Shown: piece by piece, positions 9,891-20,925 of the stretch | Numbering within the stretch: position 1 is the first letter of the stretch | How the letters are laid out: each line of letters starts with the position of its first letter | Source: an uncultured Candidatus Saccharibacteria bacterium | GTDB lineage: Bacteria > Patescibacteriota > Minisyncoccia > Phycocordibacterales > GCA-2401445 | Direction: 5' to 3' | DNA length: 64,000 nucleotides | Assembly: GCA_964436015.1 (NCBI GenBank) | Contig: CAYTAR010000001.1 | Span: 92,321-156,320 of the forward strand | Translations under genes and position numbers: made by a program | Notes under the pieces: model-generated | Database searches by the model: none | What the model was told of the DNA's origin: nothing | What the model saw: the letters and a program-made list of their open reading frames with translations, nothing else

Positions 9891-10334
9891 TGAACTATCT
9901 GCTTCAATGGTTAATGTAAATGTTTCTTTTACTTCTCCACTATGAACTGAAATCTCATGTGTTCCTACTTCTTTAATTGGGTGCTCCAACTTAATGTACT
10001 CAGAAGGTAGCTCAATGTGCTCCGCATGAAGCGCCATACAAATTTCGTCTGTATGAATACCTTTGAAAAGGTGTCCCTTTTCATTTGCTTTTGCAGTGAT
10101 AGTAATCTTCTTTTCAGAAAGAGCTTTGAGGTTCTTCATGAGTAATTCATGCTGAATCTTTGCGTGCTGACCTTGTGCCTTTTTCATTTGCTCAATGACC
10201 CCAAGCGAACTTTTTGTGGCCACTTTTGCGAGTCCGCGAGGAATAAGGTGGTTTAAAGCAAAACCATCAGAGACCGCTACTACATCAAATTTCTTACCTG
10301 TTTTTGCAATATCCTTTAACAATATAACTTTCAT
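9885..10334 (-). CDS. rplI: 50S ribosomal protein L9
   Basis: N-terminus MKVILLKDIAKTGKKFDVVAVSDGFALNHLIP, typical of L9. Confidence 0.9.
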   Translation of the reverse strand: MKVILLKDIAKTGKKFDVVAVSDGFALNHLIPRGLAKVATKSSLGVIEQMKKAQGQHAKIQHELLMKNLKALSEKKITITAKANEKGHLFKGIHTDEICMALHAEHIELPSEYIKLEHPIKEVGTHEISVHSGEVKETFTLTIEADSSK

Positions 10335-10362
10335 GGTATTTCATTAACTAATGAACCCTATA

Positions 10363-11619
10363 CTACTCCACTCCGAGAAGTATTTCAACCGCCCGTTCAA
10401 GTTGCGCATCTCTCCGTGCTTCTATATCTTCTTCTGTAAAGGAAACCTCTACATCAGGAGTAAGCCCTCCATCTGAGATGGAAACATTTCCTGGGGTTAA
10501 CCACTGCGCAACCGTAACTTTAAGTGAGGTTGAATCTGTAATATCTAGAAGCTCCTGGACTGAACCTTTTCCGAAAGATTTTTCTCCGACAAGTGTCGCG
10601 ACTCCGTAATGCTGAAGCGCTCCAGCAAAAATTTCTGATGCCGACGCAGATCCACGGTTGATAAGTACTACCACTGAAGGGTTCCGTATAAATGCTTTTG
10701 GAGACACTGTTTTGAATTCATGAATTTCCCCATTTCCAAAATCTTCAGAAACTACCACAGTACCCTTCGGAACAAAGTAACTGGTCATTTCAACCGCAGA
10801 CTCCAAATATCCTCCTGGGTTATCGCGGAGATCAATAATAAGCTTGTCTGACCCACTTCGAGAAAATTCCAAAATAGCATTTCTAAATAGTTGAGATGAA
10901 GGAGCTGAAAAGTTAAACAAACTAATTACAAACACTCCATCATCTCGCATTTCTGTAGTAAGAGTCGGTATGTCAATAATATCTCGTACCACTGGTATCT
11001 CTATTGGCTCATCTGAAGACTCGCGCGCAACAGTAAGTAATACCGTTGTTCCTCGCTCCCCTCTGATAAGCCTGACCGCTTGCTCTACAGTAAAATCTGC
11101 TGCGAAGCTATCGTCAATTTTTAGAATGATATCTCCGGACAAAATTCCCGCTCGTTCCGCAGGAGTCCCTTTAAGTGGGGCAACCACCGTCAAAAGCCCA
11201 TCCCGTATTCCAACCTCCATACCAACTCCTTCAAAATTACCACTAATCTCATTTTGGAAATCTTGCGATTCAACCGGAGGGAAAAAGACTGTATATGGGT
11301 CGCCGAGCGATGCAGTCATGCCAGCTATCGCACCCCATACCCTATCTTGCTTTGAGTGAACCAGTGTAGACGAAGCGGAGACATACTTTTCATCAAGTAT
11401 TGCCCACGCGCGCCAAAACGGACTGAAATCTATCGCATCAGGAGCGCCTTCCATGCCGATAATAGGATCTGCTACCTGCAACACTTCCACAGAAGATGTT
11501 TTAAACCACCATACTCCACTAAAAAAACCAACCGCAAAAAATGCGAGTGAGAAAAATACACCTGCGGTTAATTTCATCTTGTACTCATCCATCGTTGCAC
11601 TATTATCGCAAAGAAACAT
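10363..11619 (-). CDS. Carboxyl-terminal processing protease (S41 peptidase with PDZ domain)
   Basis: PDZ segment GMEVGIRDG...TPAERAGILSGDIILKID and S41 catalytic block VVLINRGSASASEIFAGALQ, with an N-terminal TM anchor. Alternative starts at 11592 or 11577 are possible. Confidence 0.88.
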   Translation of the reverse strand: MFLCDNSATMDEYKMKLTAGVFFSLAFFAVGFFSGVWWFKTSSVEVLQVADPIIGMEGAPDAIDFSPFWRAWAILDEKYVSASSTLVHSKQDRVWGAIAGMTASLGDPYTVFFPPVESQDFQNEISGNFEGVGMEVGIRDGLLTVVAPLKGTPAERAGILSGDIILKIDDSFAADFTVEQAVRLIRGERGTTVLLTVARESSDEPIEIPVVRDIIDIPTLTTEMRDDGVFVISLFNFSAPSSQLFRNAILEFSRSGSDKLIIDLRDNPGGYLESAVEMTSYFVPKGTVVVSEDFGNGEIHEFKTVSPKAFIRNPSVVVLINRGSASASEIFAGALQHYGVATLVGEKSFGKGSVQELLDITDSTSLKVTVAQWLTPGNVSISDGGLTPDVEVSFTEEDIEARRDAQLERAVEILLGVE

Positions 11620-11647
11620 ACTAAACGCAATTGATATTTTCGTAATA

Positions 11648-12586
11648 ATGGCTTTGAGGTATACTTATCTTATGTTTATTAAAAACGCCTATAAAAATGT
11701 AACGTGGGTAGATGTTACGAAGCCCAGTAAAGACGAAATTCGCTCAATCGCAGAAGAGTACTCTATATCACCCGACATATCAGCAGAATTACTATCACAA
11801 ACACATCGACCTAATGTAATCCGAGAAGATTCATTTTTCTACCTTACCCTACACTTCCCTGCACTAAAGCACTCTCATACAGACAACACAGACCAAGAAA
11901 TTAAATTTATTGTTGGAAAAGATTTTCTTATTACTGTTCACTACGACACTATTGACCCAATACACAAGTTTTCAAAAATATTTGAGGTTAATTCAATCTT
12001 AGAAACCTATTCATCCACAGTTACCGGCGGGACGATTTTCTTTCATCTCATAATGAAGCTGTACGCATCACTTGTTCACGAACTAGAATTCATTAGCGAT
12101 GAATTGCGCTCCGTTGAAAACGATATCTTTCAAGGAAAAGAAAAAGAGATGGTATTCAAGCTTTCCCACGTACATCGCAACGTGCTTGCAATTAGACACG
12201 GAATCAGTACACACCGCCGTGTACTTGCAAATCTCTCTGAGGTCGCTACAGCGCTGTTTGGTGCAAAATATGATACTGAGATAAAGCAGGTTCAAGATGA
12301 ATATGAGCACGTCGCTTCTACAACCGCAGATACGCAAGAATTTTTAGCGGAACTACGAAGCACAAACGACGCACTCTTGCAGACAAAACAGAATGATACT
12401 ATTCAATTCCTTACCGTACTCTCATTCTTGACGCTTCCATTGGCTCTTATCGCGCAAATACTCAGTATGAACACAGCAATCAATCCTCTTAATAATGTGC
12501 CCTACGATTTTTGGACGGTAATGGCAGTGATGGCATTCATATCACTCCTCACTGCTCTTTATTTCAAGTACAAGAAATGGCTGTAG
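11648..12586 (+). CDS. corA: CorA-family divalent cation transporter with a variant SMN signature (normally GMN)
   Basis: C-terminal two-TM segment LPLALIAQILSMNTAINPL. The listed ORF start at 11453 overlaps the protease gene. ATG 11648 gives a 312-aa product of canonical CorA length. Confidence 0.75.
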   Translation: MALRYTYLMFIKNAYKNVTWVDVTKPSKDEIRSIAEEYSISPDISAELLSQTHRPNVIREDSFFYLTLHFPALKHSHTDNTDQEIKFIVGKDFLITVHYDTIDPIHKFSKIFEVNSILETYSSTVTGGTIFFHLIMKLYASLVHELEFISDELRSVENDIFQGKEKEMVFKLSHVHRNVLAIRHGISTHRRVLANLSEVATALFGAKYDTEIKQVQDEYEHVASTTADTQEFLAELRSTNDALLQTKQNDTIQFLTVLSFLTLPLALIAQILSMNTAINPLNNVPYDFWTVMAVMAFISLLTALYFKYKKWL

Positions 12587-12599
12587 GAACAGAATAAGA

Positions 12600-14087
12600 A
12601 TGAATTCATTTCTCAAACCATCTAAACGCACAACACAAAGCGCCGAATCGGTGTACTTTTATACTACCAACACAAAAGAGAAAGTTTTATTCAAACCACT
12701 CAAGAACAATCACGTAACAATTTACTCGTGCGGCCCTACTGTCTACGACTTCCCACACATTGGAAACTACCGACCATACGTTGTTGCAGACGTACTTAAG
12801 CGTGTTCTCACACATGCCGGTTATACCCTTAAGCACGTCATTAATATCACTGACGTTGGTCACTTAACTGACGACGGCGACATGGGTAAAGACAAAATGG
12901 AAGCCGGCGCTGAAAAACGTGGAATGACGGTGCCGCAAATAGCAAAAGAAGTTGAGGAGGTCTTCATGAAAGATCTTTCTCTACTCTCAGTTGCCACTGA
13001 AGGAGTGTTGTTTCCTCGAGCGACTGAACATATTAAAGAGCAAATTGCGTTCATAGAAACACTTGAACAGAAAGGATACACCTATCAAACATCGGACGGT
13101 GTGTACTTTGACACGACACGGTTCCCTGCCTATGGGTCTCTTGGAAATAGAGACATTAACGAACAACGTGAAGGGGCTCGTGTAGAAGTAAATCCTGAGA
13201 AAAGGCATCCTGCTGATTTTGCACTTTGGAAAAAATCACCTCAAAATGAAAAGCGCCAACAAGAGTGGGAATCACCGTGGGGTGTCGGTTTCCCTGGTTG
13301 GCACATTGAGTGCTCTGCAATGGCAATTGCACATCTTGGTAAAACGATTGATATCCATATGGGAGGAGTTGATCACGTGTCTACACACCACAACAACGAA
13401 ATTGCCCAATCTGAATCAGCAACTGGTAAGACCTTTGTGCAAAACTGGATACATACCGAACATATTTCCGTTGAAGGTCATAAAATATCAAAGTCTGTAG
13501 GCAACACCATCTACCTTAGAAACATTATTGACCGTGGTATTTCTCCGTTGAGTTACCGTTACTGGCTTCTTCAAGGACACTACCGTACCCGTATGAATTT
13601 TACCTGGGAGGCACTCAAGGGCGCGCATACGGCACTGTTTAAAATTCATAAATACTTCACTGAACAACTTCAGACAATTGAAATCGCACCTGTACATGCA
13701 CAGTACTCAAACAACATTATCACTGCCCTTCGTGACGATATTGATACACCTAAAGCAATCGCGTTAGTATGGGAGCTCATAAAAGACGATTCGGTTCCCC
13801 TTGGTGAGAAAAAGAGCACCTTGTTACTTGCGGATTCACTCTTAGGCCTTAACTTGCACGGAAGAGATGCACTTTTAACTCAAGCTGAAAATAAGAAAAT
13901 AGTGGTAACTTCCCTGCCTGATAATATACAAAAAATGGTCTCTGAGAGAGACGAAGCACGAAAAAACAAAGACTGGAACGCTTCAGACGCGCTCCGTGAC
14001 GAACTTACCAAACAAGGGTATGTTGTAACAGATAGTGAGCACGGAACTACGTTAGAAAAGTCTTCACAAACTCCTCCGCACGAGTAA
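12600..14087 (+). CDS. cysS: Cysteinyl-tRNA synthetase
   Basis: HIGH motif ([13 protein letters not shown]) and KISKS (KMSKS variant). The zinc-binding WHIECSAM block is present. Confidence 0.95.
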   Translation: MNSFLKPSKRTTQSAESVYFYTTNTKEKVLFKPLKNNHVTIYSCGPTVYDFPHIGNYRPYVVADVLKRVLTHAGYTLKHVINITDVGHLTDDGDMGKDKMEAGAEKRGMTVPQIAKEVEEVFMKDLSLLSVATEGVLFPRATEHIKEQIAFIETLEQKGYTYQTSDGVYFDTTRFPAYGSLGNRDINEQREGARVEVNPEKRHPADFALWKKSPQNEKRQQEWESPWGVGFPGWHIECSAMAIAHLGKTIDIHMGGVDHVSTHHNNEIAQSESATGKTFVQNWIHTEHISVEGHKISKSVGNTIYLRNIIDRGISPLSYRYWLLQGHYRTRMNFTWEALKGAHTALFKIHKYFTEQLQTIEIAPVHAQYSNNIITALRDDIDTPKAIALVWELIKDDSVPLGEKKSTLLLADSLLGLNLHGRDALLTQAENKKIVVTSLPDNIQKMVSERDEARKNKDWNASDALRDELTKQGYVVTDSEHGTTLEKSSQTPPHE

Positions 14088-14754
14088 GGTCGTGTGGTGC
14101 AGTTACTTGGCAGTATCCACGTGAAGTAACCCCGATAATATTGGGCAACATAGCCGTGTGTGCAACTATTGTTTGTGGGAGTCCAAATTCGCTTCTCCCA
14201 GGGATTTGTATCGGAGTGGTCTGAAAATACTCAAGAGGCAAAACGTACATGCCACAGTTTAAGTACTCCCCCATTTGAATAGTTGCTCCCTCAATAATGT
14301 CAGTTATATGCCCACTCGAATCCAGTATCACCTTCCCACCTGTTTTTTCTTCGTCAGTACTGGTGTTTTTGTGAAGAAGTAATGCGCAGGGGTGCGAAAC
14401 CATATCTCGCATATCATCAGGATGGTATATATCATCACCCATCAGAACAAGAAAATTTCCATGTATCAAATGTGCACATGCCCGTACCGCAGTATCAGTG
14501 CCCGTAAGGGGAACATCCGTTACATAGGTCACCTTAATACCGTTGTACGAGTCCCCCAGACGCTCTAAAATGAGATTCTGGAGGTGATTCACCACGCAAA
14601 TGACTTCTGATATATTCGGCGGTAAAGCACGTATTTTATGCTCAATTAAAGAAAGACCGTTTACTGAAAGTAACGGCTTTGGGGTGTGTTCTGAGAGTTC
14701 CTTCATTCTGCTTCCGCGTCCTGCGGCACATATAATTGCTTGCATGACACTCAC
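14047..14754 (-). CDS. Sugar-phosphate nucleotidyltransferase (NTP_transferase family)
   Basis: N-terminal AAGRGSRM (GxGxR) loop. The 3' end overlaps cysS by 41 nt, convergent. Confidence 0.7.
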   Translation of the reverse strand: MSVMQAIICAAGRGSRMKELSEHTPKPLLSVNGLSLIEHKIRALPPNISEVICVVNHLQNLILERLGDSYNGIKVTYVTDVPLTGTDTAVRACAHLIHGNFLVLMGDDIYHPDDMRDMVSHPCALLLHKNTSTDEEKTGGKVILDSSGHITDIIEGATIQMGEYLNCGMYVLPLEYFQTTPIQIPGRSEFGLPQTIVAHTAMLPNIIGVTSRGYCQVTAPHDLTRAEEFVKTFLT

Positions 14755-14847
14755 AATACCAAACTATCCACACATTTACCACAGTAAAAACACATAATTC
14801 TACTTTGTCTCCTTACATAAGTATGTTTGAAATGGTAAAATTCTGAA

Positions 14848-16242
14848 ATGCAAAAAAAGAGTGTCGCACGTAGCGCAGATGGTATACGGGTACCACCTCA
14901 GCAAAATGAATCCGAACAAGCGCTTCTCGGTTCAATCATGCTTGACCCAGAGTTAATGGTTGACCTCCTAGATATGATTTCAGAGAGATCATTCTACAGT
15001 GAAAAACATCGTATTATTTTTTCTACGATGTCCGACCTCCACACTCGAGCAACACCAATTGACCTTCTCTCTGTTTCTGCAAAACTTGAAGAACAGAAAA
15101 AATTAGAACTTGTTGGCGGAAACACATACCTTGCAGAACTGGTGAACCGTGTTCCCTCTGCTGCCAACGCAAGATACTACGCAGAAATTGTACATAAAAA
15201 GTACATGCTTCGCAGACTCATTTCCGCATCAGAGGAAATCGCTGAGATGAGCTACGCAGAATCAGAAGACTTGGATTCAATTCTAGATCGTTCTGAAAAG
15301 GCGGTGTACGATGTCACCAACATATCAGGCGTACACAAGTTTGTCGCCATTAACGACACGTTGCATGAAGCATGGGAAAGACTTGATAAACTCCACCGAT
15401 CTAAAGGAGAAATGCGTGGTGTTCCTACTGGCTTCACACAACTGGACAACAAACTTGCTGGTCTCCAGCAGTCTGACCTCATCATTCTTGCCGCGCGGCC
15501 TTCAATGGGTAAAACTTCCCTCGCGCTTGATATCGCGCGCCAGGCTGCGAGCAAGCACAATATTCCCGTAGGTATTTTTTCTCTTGAAATGAGTTCTCAG
15601 CAACTCGTAGATCGTATGCTCGCCGCAGAATCACGGGTAGACGCATGGAAACTCCGAACCGGAAACCTTTCTACCGATACCGAGTTTGATAAACTTCGTG
15701 ATTCCCTTGATGTGCTTTCAAAAGCTCCTATCTATATTGATGATCAACCCGGAAACAACATTTTGAAAATGCGTTCTGTTGCACGTAAATTAAAACGAGA
15801 AAAAGGACTTGGACTTATTATCGTGGACTACCTCCAACTCATGGTCCCAACACAAACAAAATCTACTGACTCTGTCGTGCAACAAGTAACTGAAATTTCT
15901 CGCTCTCTCAAAAACCTCGCTCGTGAACTTGAGGTGCCTGTACTCGCCCTCTCTCAGTTGTCTCGTGCAGTGGAAAGTCGAGGAGGTAAACCACGACTCT
16001 CTGACCTTCGTGACTCAGGTTCAATTGAACAGGATGCCGACGTAGTTATGTTTATTCACCGTGAGGATAAATACAATGAAAATTCAGAACGGCCCAACAT
16101 TGCTGAAATTATGATTGAAAAACATCGAAATGGTCCAACTGGAAAGATTGAGCTCTACTTTGATGAGAACAAGTCATCGTTTGTTAACATTGATAAGAGC
16201 GACTACGGTGGAGGTGGTGGTACTGGAGTAGAAGATTTCTAA
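14848..16242 (+). CDS. dnaB: Replicative DNA helicase DnaB
   Basis: DnaB N-terminal domain (ALLGSIMLDPE), Walker A ARPSMGKTS and RecA-like motifs. The length of 464 aa indicates no intein. Confidence 0.95.
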   Translation: MQKKSVARSADGIRVPPQQNESEQALLGSIMLDPELMVDLLDMISERSFYSEKHRIIFSTMSDLHTRATPIDLLSVSAKLEEQKKLELVGGNTYLAELVNRVPSAANARYYAEIVHKKYMLRRLISASEEIAEMSYAESEDLDSILDRSEKAVYDVTNISGVHKFVAINDTLHEAWERLDKLHRSKGEMRGVPTGFTQLDNKLAGLQQSDLIILAARPSMGKTSLALDIARQAASKHNIPVGIFSLEMSSQQLVDRMLAAESRVDAWKLRTGNLSTDTEFDKLRDSLDVLSKAPIYIDDQPGNNILKMRSVARKLKREKGLGLIIVDYLQLMVPTQTKSTDSVVQQVTEISRSLKNLARELEVPVLALSQLSRAVESRGGKPRLSDLRDSGSIEQDADVVMFIHREDKYNENSERPNIAEIMIEKHRNGPTGKIELYFDENKSSFVNIDKSDYGGGGGTGVEDF

Positions 16243-16243
16243 C

Positions 16244-16846
16244 ATGAACTCACTAGATAAACTAACCGAGCTATTCAGACGCTTCCCGGGCATTGGTCCT
16301 AGGCAAGCAAAACGGTTTACTCACCACGTTGCACACATGACCCCATCTCAACGTACAGTTCTTGCGGAAACCATTGTTTCCCTCTCAAAAAATGTGTCCC
16401 TCTGCACTGAATGCTTCCGCCTCACGGAGCAAGTTAGTGGAAGCAAGTGCTCTTTCTGCGGAGATGATACTCGCGACTCCCACACACTCATGCTCGTTGA
16501 AAAAGATACAGATGCCACCTCTGTTGAATATTCAAAAGCGTACCGTGGAAACTATTTTATTCTTGGTGGAACGGTACCAGTGCTCGATGAAAATCCCATG
16601 TCCCGTTTCCGCTCAGAGGAACTTAAACGCAAACTACATAAAGATAAGAACACTCTCACCGAGGTTGTTATTGCTCTTTCTGCAACTCCCCAAGGTGAAC
16701 ACACCACCGATATCTTACGGGAGTTTATTCAAAAACACTCCCCCACCCTCACTGTTAGCGTTCTCGGGCGAGGACTTTCAACTGGAAGCGAGCTTGAATA
16801 CCTTGACTCTGAGACACTTACCTTCGCGCTTAAAAATAGATCATGA
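16244..16846 (+). CDS. recR: Recombination protein RecR
   Basis: Helix-hairpin-helix block FPGIGPRQAKR, a C4 zinc finger and a Toprim domain. Confidence 0.93.
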   Translation: MNSLDKLTELFRRFPGIGPRQAKRFTHHVAHMTPSQRTVLAETIVSLSKNVSLCTECFRLTEQVSGSKCSFCGDDTRDSHTLMLVEKDTDATSVEYSKAYRGNYFILGGTVPVLDENPMSRFRSEELKRKLHKDKNTLTEVVIALSATPQGEHTTDILREFIQKHSPTLTVSVLGRGLSTGSELEYLDSETLTFALKNRS

Positions 16847-17382
16847 GCATGACAAATCTTTTTTACATAGTTACCTCGTTACTCATTGGGTATATTCTAG
16901 GTAGGGAGAGAGATAACAACAAAGCTCTTTTTAATAGAAAACTAGAAGTGTACTCTAACATTGTATACCACATTAACTCTGCAAAACATCTTCAATACGA
17001 TTTGAATTTTTCGTACGGAAGATTAAAAACTTTCATGAATGAAATCAACAACCAGTATGAAAGTAAGTCTATTAAAAAAACAGATTCTTGTAGTAATGAG
17101 TTAAAGAAAATAGATAAAGCAGTAAATTTGTTAAACTATAAAGACGAGATGATTAAGTTATTTGCCCCAGCAAGATTGATTGGAAGTAAGCTTGTGATTG
17201 ATGAACTACGAGAACATTTTTCCCTAGTTTTTGAATACTATTCAACAAAAGAAAAAAATGATCTAGATGCTCTTGAAAAAAGAATATCAAAAAATGTGAT
17301 GGAACTAGAGCAGTTAATGAGAAAAGATTTGGGACACTTTAGGGTGCTTTCAAAGCTCCAAATTTGGTGGCATTTACGCTAG
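16843..17382 (+). CDS. Hypothetical protein with N-terminal TM helix, very AT-rich
   Basis: A 179-aa ORF overlapping the recR stop (ATGA), with markedly lower GC than its neighbours. No recognisable motif. Confidence 0.45.
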   Translation: MSMTNLFYIVTSLLIGYILGRERDNNKALFNRKLEVYSNIVYHINSAKHLQYDLNFSYGRLKTFMNEINNQYESKSIKKTDSCSNELKKIDKAVNLLNYKDEMIKLFAPARLIGSKLVIDELREHFSLVFEYYSTKEKNDLDALEKRISKNVMELEQLMRKDLGHFRVLSKLQIWWHLR

Positions 17383-17473
17383 TATCCAAATCCAAATTTC
17401 TATAATCCCTAGGCTCTTGGCTTAGTAAAAAAGGAAATGTGGTGTAATCATTAGAATTAGTTACTTTACAAAC

Positions 17474-17502
17474 AAAAACCCGCTTTGTGAGCGGGTTTTT
17501 GA
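17474..17502. terminator. Bidirectional intrinsic terminator
   Basis: Sequence aaaaacccgctttgtgagcgggttttt between convergent genes. Confidence 0.8.
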
Positions 17503-17507
17503 TTATG

Positions 17508-17825
17508 TTATTTAATTTTAGATATCGTTACAGTAACAAACGGTTGTCGGTGGTTTCGAGTCTTTGTGTATCGGCTCTTTGGCTTATACTTAACCACAAT
17601 GACTTTCTTTGCTCGTCCTTGTTCTCCAAATGTTGCTTCAACTACTGCACCCTTAATATAGGGGGTTCCGATTGAGGTATCCTTTCCATTATCAACCATG
17701 AGAACCTTGTCAAAAACAACGGTATCACCTGTCTTGTATTCGCCTGAAAGCTTCTCAATAGTGATTGTGTCACCCTCTGAGACTTTGTACTGCTTTCCGC
17801 CTGTTTTTATTACTGCAAATTCCAT
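17508..17825 (-). CDS. rplU: 50S ribosomal protein L21
   Basis: N-terminus MEFAVIKTGGKQYKVSEGDTITIEKL. Confidence 0.95.
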   Translation of the reverse strand: MEFAVIKTGGKQYKVSEGDTITIEKLSGEYKTGDTVVFDKVLMVDNGKDTSIGTPYIKGAVVEATFGEQGRAKKVIVVKYKPKSRYTKTRNHRQPFVTVTISKIK

Positions 17826-17877
17826 AGATACCCATTGTACCTATATTTTGATATTTTGCAAGTGTATATACAAGAGG

Positions 17878-18924
17878 CTATATTCCCTCTTCTTTTAGCT
17901 CAGTTATGCGCTTTTTTGCCTCTTTAGAGAGCTTTTTAGGTAGAACAATATCAATGGTTACGAGCAAATCTCCGCGTTGCTTATTGCTGATCACCACCCC
18001 TTTACCGCGAACACGCAAGACCTCTCCCCAGGTAACGCCTTGTGGCACGGTTATTTCAATCGGCCCATCTAGGGTCTCAATAGTATACGTACCACCGAGG
18101 AGTGCATCGGTTAACTTCACCCCGAGCTTCATAGTGAGGTTATTTCCCTCCTTTACCAAGTGCGGATGTTTCTCAACATGAACCTTCACATACAAGTCGC
18201 CCGGATGACCGTGTGCAACCGCTTCCCCCATACCAGAGAGACGAATCATCTCTCCATGGTCAATGCCCGCAGGAATCCCCACAACTACCTCCTCTTCTCC
18301 ATACAGCACACCATCACCCTTACACACGGTACATTTTTCCTTAGCAGTCTTTCCCGCTCCTTGGCAGTCAGGACAGGTTCGCTCAGTTGAGAATGTTCCA
18401 AAGAGAGATCGTTTTGCTTCATGAATTCGCCCCGCGCCATTACATCTTGAACACAAGGTCATTTCAGAACCTGGCTTTGCGCCATTTCCGCTACAGGTAG
18501 AGCAAGTGGATGTTTTTGTAACAAGTATTCTCCTCTCGCCTCCAAATACAGATTCTTTGAATGTAGCCTGAAGGTCTATTGAGATGTCTCTTCCACGTGC
18601 TTGGCGCTGTCTACCTCCTCCACCAAAAAACTCATTGAAGATATCTCCCAAGTCAACATCAAATCCTTGCCCGTTGAAATCAAAACCACCAAAGCCTCCT
18701 TGTGGTCCTTGGTTCCCTCCAAAAGTTCTTCCGTACGTATCGTACTCAGCTCGCTTCTTGTCGTCAGATAGTACAGAATACGCTTCACTCGCTTCGTTGA
18801 ACTTTTTTTCGTCCCCTCCTGATTTATCCGGGTGGTACTTGTGCGCAAGTTTACGAAACGCCTTTTTTATATCGTCTTTGGTTGCCGACTTTTCAACTCC
18901 AAGAATAGAATAATAGTCTTTCAT
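17878..18924 (-). CDS. dnaJ: Chaperone DnaJ
   Basis: J-domain with HPD (KYHPDK), a G/F-rich linker and four CxxCxG zinc-finger repeats. Confidence 0.95.
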   Translation of the reverse strand: MKDYYSILGVEKSATKDDIKKAFRKLAHKYHPDKSGGDEKKFNEASEAYSVLSDDKKRAEYDTYGRTFGGNQGPQGGFGGFDFNGQGFDVDLGDIFNEFFGGGGRQRQARGRDISIDLQATFKESVFGGERRILVTKTSTCSTCSGNGAKPGSEMTLCSRCNGAGRIHEAKRSLFGTFSTERTCPDCQGAGKTAKEKCTVCKGDGVLYGEEEVVVGIPAGIDHGEMIRLSGMGEAVAHGHPGDLYVKVHVEKHPHLVKEGNNLTMKLGVKLTDALLGGTYTIETLDGPIEITVPQGVTWGEVLRVRGKGVVISNKQRGDLLVTIDIVLPKKLSKEAKKRITELKEEGI

Positions 18925-19029
18925 ACATTAATTATGTTACGTGACAAACTCATTTCCTCAAACGAGACTCGCAGACCCACCTCCCTGAGAGCACTCCCGA
19001 ATTATCATCGGGAGAGCCCTTGTGGAGAC

Positions 19030-20925
19030 CTATTGCTTTCCTTCTTCTCCTTTTTCTTTAAACTCCGCATCACGAGTTTTAGCATCAGAGCCTGCTTGTT
19101 CATCTTTCTTCTCTTCATTCGGCTTTGCTTTTTGCATCGCTTCTCCTATTTTCTGCATTGCAGATGAGAGCGCTTCACTCTTTGCTTTTATATCCGAGAG
19201 CACATCCTTCCCCTTTACTTCATTTAGCGCTTTTATCTTTTCTTCAACATCACTCTTTACTTCCGGAGGCACTGCAGTTCCGCCATCTTTGAGTGACTTT
19301 TCTGCGGTATACACCATTTGCTCTGCCAAATTACGCGCATCAATCAACTCTTTCTTTTCTTTGTCACTTCCTGCAAATTGTTCTGCTTCCTTCTTCATTC
19401 TCTCAATCTCTTCAGGAGACAAACTTGAACTTGCTTCTATACGTATACTCTGCTCTTTTCCGCTTGTTTTATCTTTTGCCTTAACTTCAAGAATACCGTT
19501 TGCGTCAACATTGAACGTCACCTCAACCTGCGGAACACCACGTGGTGCAGGAGGAATACCATCAAGGATAAATCGCCCTAAGCTCTTATTGTCAGAGACC
19601 ATAGGTCGTTCACCTTGCACAATGTGAATATCTACCTGTGTCTGGTTATCTCCTGCAGTTGAAAATACTTGTGATCGTGAAGTAGGAATTGTTGTGTTCT
19701 TTTCAATCAACTTTGTTGCAACGCCACCCATAGTTTCAATACCGAGCGAAAGCGGAATAACATCAAGCAAAAGTACATCATGCACATCTCCTGCAATCAC
19801 TCCACCTTGGATAGCAGCACCCACCGCAACCACTTCATCTGGGTTTACCTCAAGACTTGGCTCTTTTCCGAAGAATTCTTTTACCGCAGTTTGAAGCGCA
19901 GGCATTCTGGTCTGTCCTCCCACCAATACCACTTCATTAATATCTGAGATTGAGAATGGAGACGCTTCAACCGCTCGCTTCGTGATTTGCATTGCACGGT
20001 CAATAAACTCTCGCGTAAGGTCCTCTAGTTTTGCTCGCGTAAGGGTAATCAGTAGGTGTTTTGGTCCATCAGCATCAGAAGTAATAAACGGAATGTTTAC
20101 TTCTGTCTGAACAGCGGAAGAGAGCTCAATCTTTGCCTTCTCAGCTGCCTCATCCAGTCGTTGGAGCGCGAGTGCGTCTTTGCGGACATCTATTCCTGTA
20201 TCCTTCTTGAACTCGTCTGCAAGGTAGTTAATCAGCTTCTGGTCAATATCCTTACCACCAAGGTGTGAGTCGCCATCGGTTGATTTTACCTCAACGACGT
20301 CATCACCAACTTCAAGAATAGAAATATCAAACGTACCACCACCAAAGTCAAAAATCGCTATCTTTTCATCCTTCTTTCGGTTAAATCCATACGCGAGCGC
20401 CGCAGCGGTTGGTTCATTGATAATCCTTTTAACATCAAGACCCGCAATTTTACCAGCATCTTTTGTAGCTTGTCGTTGTGCATCGTTAAAGTATGCGGGT
20501 ACGGTAATAACCGCCTCAGTTATTTTTTCACCGAGCTTAGCTTCAGCGTCATTCTTAAGTTTCTGGAGAATCATGGCAGAAACCTCTTCCGGCCTGAACC
20601 ATGTGTCTCCCATCTTTACTTCAATACCGCCATTATCAGACTTTCTCATTTCATATGGAACTGAAGAGAGATCCTTCTGAACTGACGCTTCGTCAAACGT
20701 GTGTCCGATAAATCGCTTAATCTGGTAGATGGTGTTTTTTGGATTCGTAACCGCTTGTCGTTTTGCAAGCTGTCCCACGAATCGTTCACCGTTCTTTGAC
20801 TGTGCCACAATAGACGGCATAGTTCGTCCACCTTCTGCAGTCTCAAGCACACGAGGAGTCCCCGCTTCAACGACCGCAACCGCGGAATTTGTTGTTCCTA
20901 AATCAATACCTATTATTTTGGCCAT
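19030..20925 (-). CDS. dnaK: Chaperone DnaK (Hsp70)
   Basis: N-terminus [18 protein letters not shown] and Hsp70 signatures throughout. The start was trimmed from the listed 20961 to the conserved Met at 20925. Confidence 0.97.
   Translation of the reverse strand: MAKIIGIDLGTTNSAVAVVEAGTPRVLETAEGGRTMPSIVAQSKNGERFVGQLAKRQAVTNPKNTIYQIKRFIGHTFDEASVQKDLSSVPYEMRKSDNGGIEVKMGDTWFRPEEVSAMILQKLKNDAEAKLGEKITEAVITVPAYFNDAQRQATKDAGKIAGLDVKRIINEPTAAALAYGFNRKKDEKIAIFDFGGGTFDISILEVGDDVVEVKSTDGDSHLGGKDIDQKLINYLADEFKKDTGIDVRKDALALQRLDEAAEKAKIELSSAVQTEVNIPFITSDADGPKHLLITLTRAKLEDLTREFIDRAMQITKRAVEASPFSISDINEVVLVGGQTRMPALQTAVKEFFGKEPSLEVNPDEVVAVGAAIQGGVIAGDVHDVLLLDVIPLSLGIETMGGVATKLIEKNTTIPTSRSQVFSTAGDNQTQVDIHIVQGERPMVSDNKSLGRFILDGIPPAPRGVPQVEVTFNVDANGILEVKAKDKTSGKEQSIRIEASSSLSPEEIERMKKEAEQFAGSDKEKKELIDARNLAEQMVYTAEKSLKDGGTAVPPEVKSDVEEKIKALNEVKGKDVLSDIKAKSEALSSAMQKIGEAMQKAKPNEEKKDEQAGSDAKTRDAEFKEKGEEGKQ

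Noticed and set aside
17540-17560. tRNA T-arm-like ggtggtttcgagtc
   Set aside because: It lies inside the rplU coding sequence, carries an extra T relative to GGTTCGAGTC, and has no acceptor stem or anticodon arm context. No tRNA gene was recognised in the intergenic regions examined.
19022-19627. 201-aa plus-strand ORF antisense to dnaK, and similar antisense ORFs opposite grpE (22052..22486), the S41 protease (10970..11359) and leuS
   Set aside because: These are shadow ORFs inside strongly supported genes. They have low-complexity Ser/Phe-rich composition.
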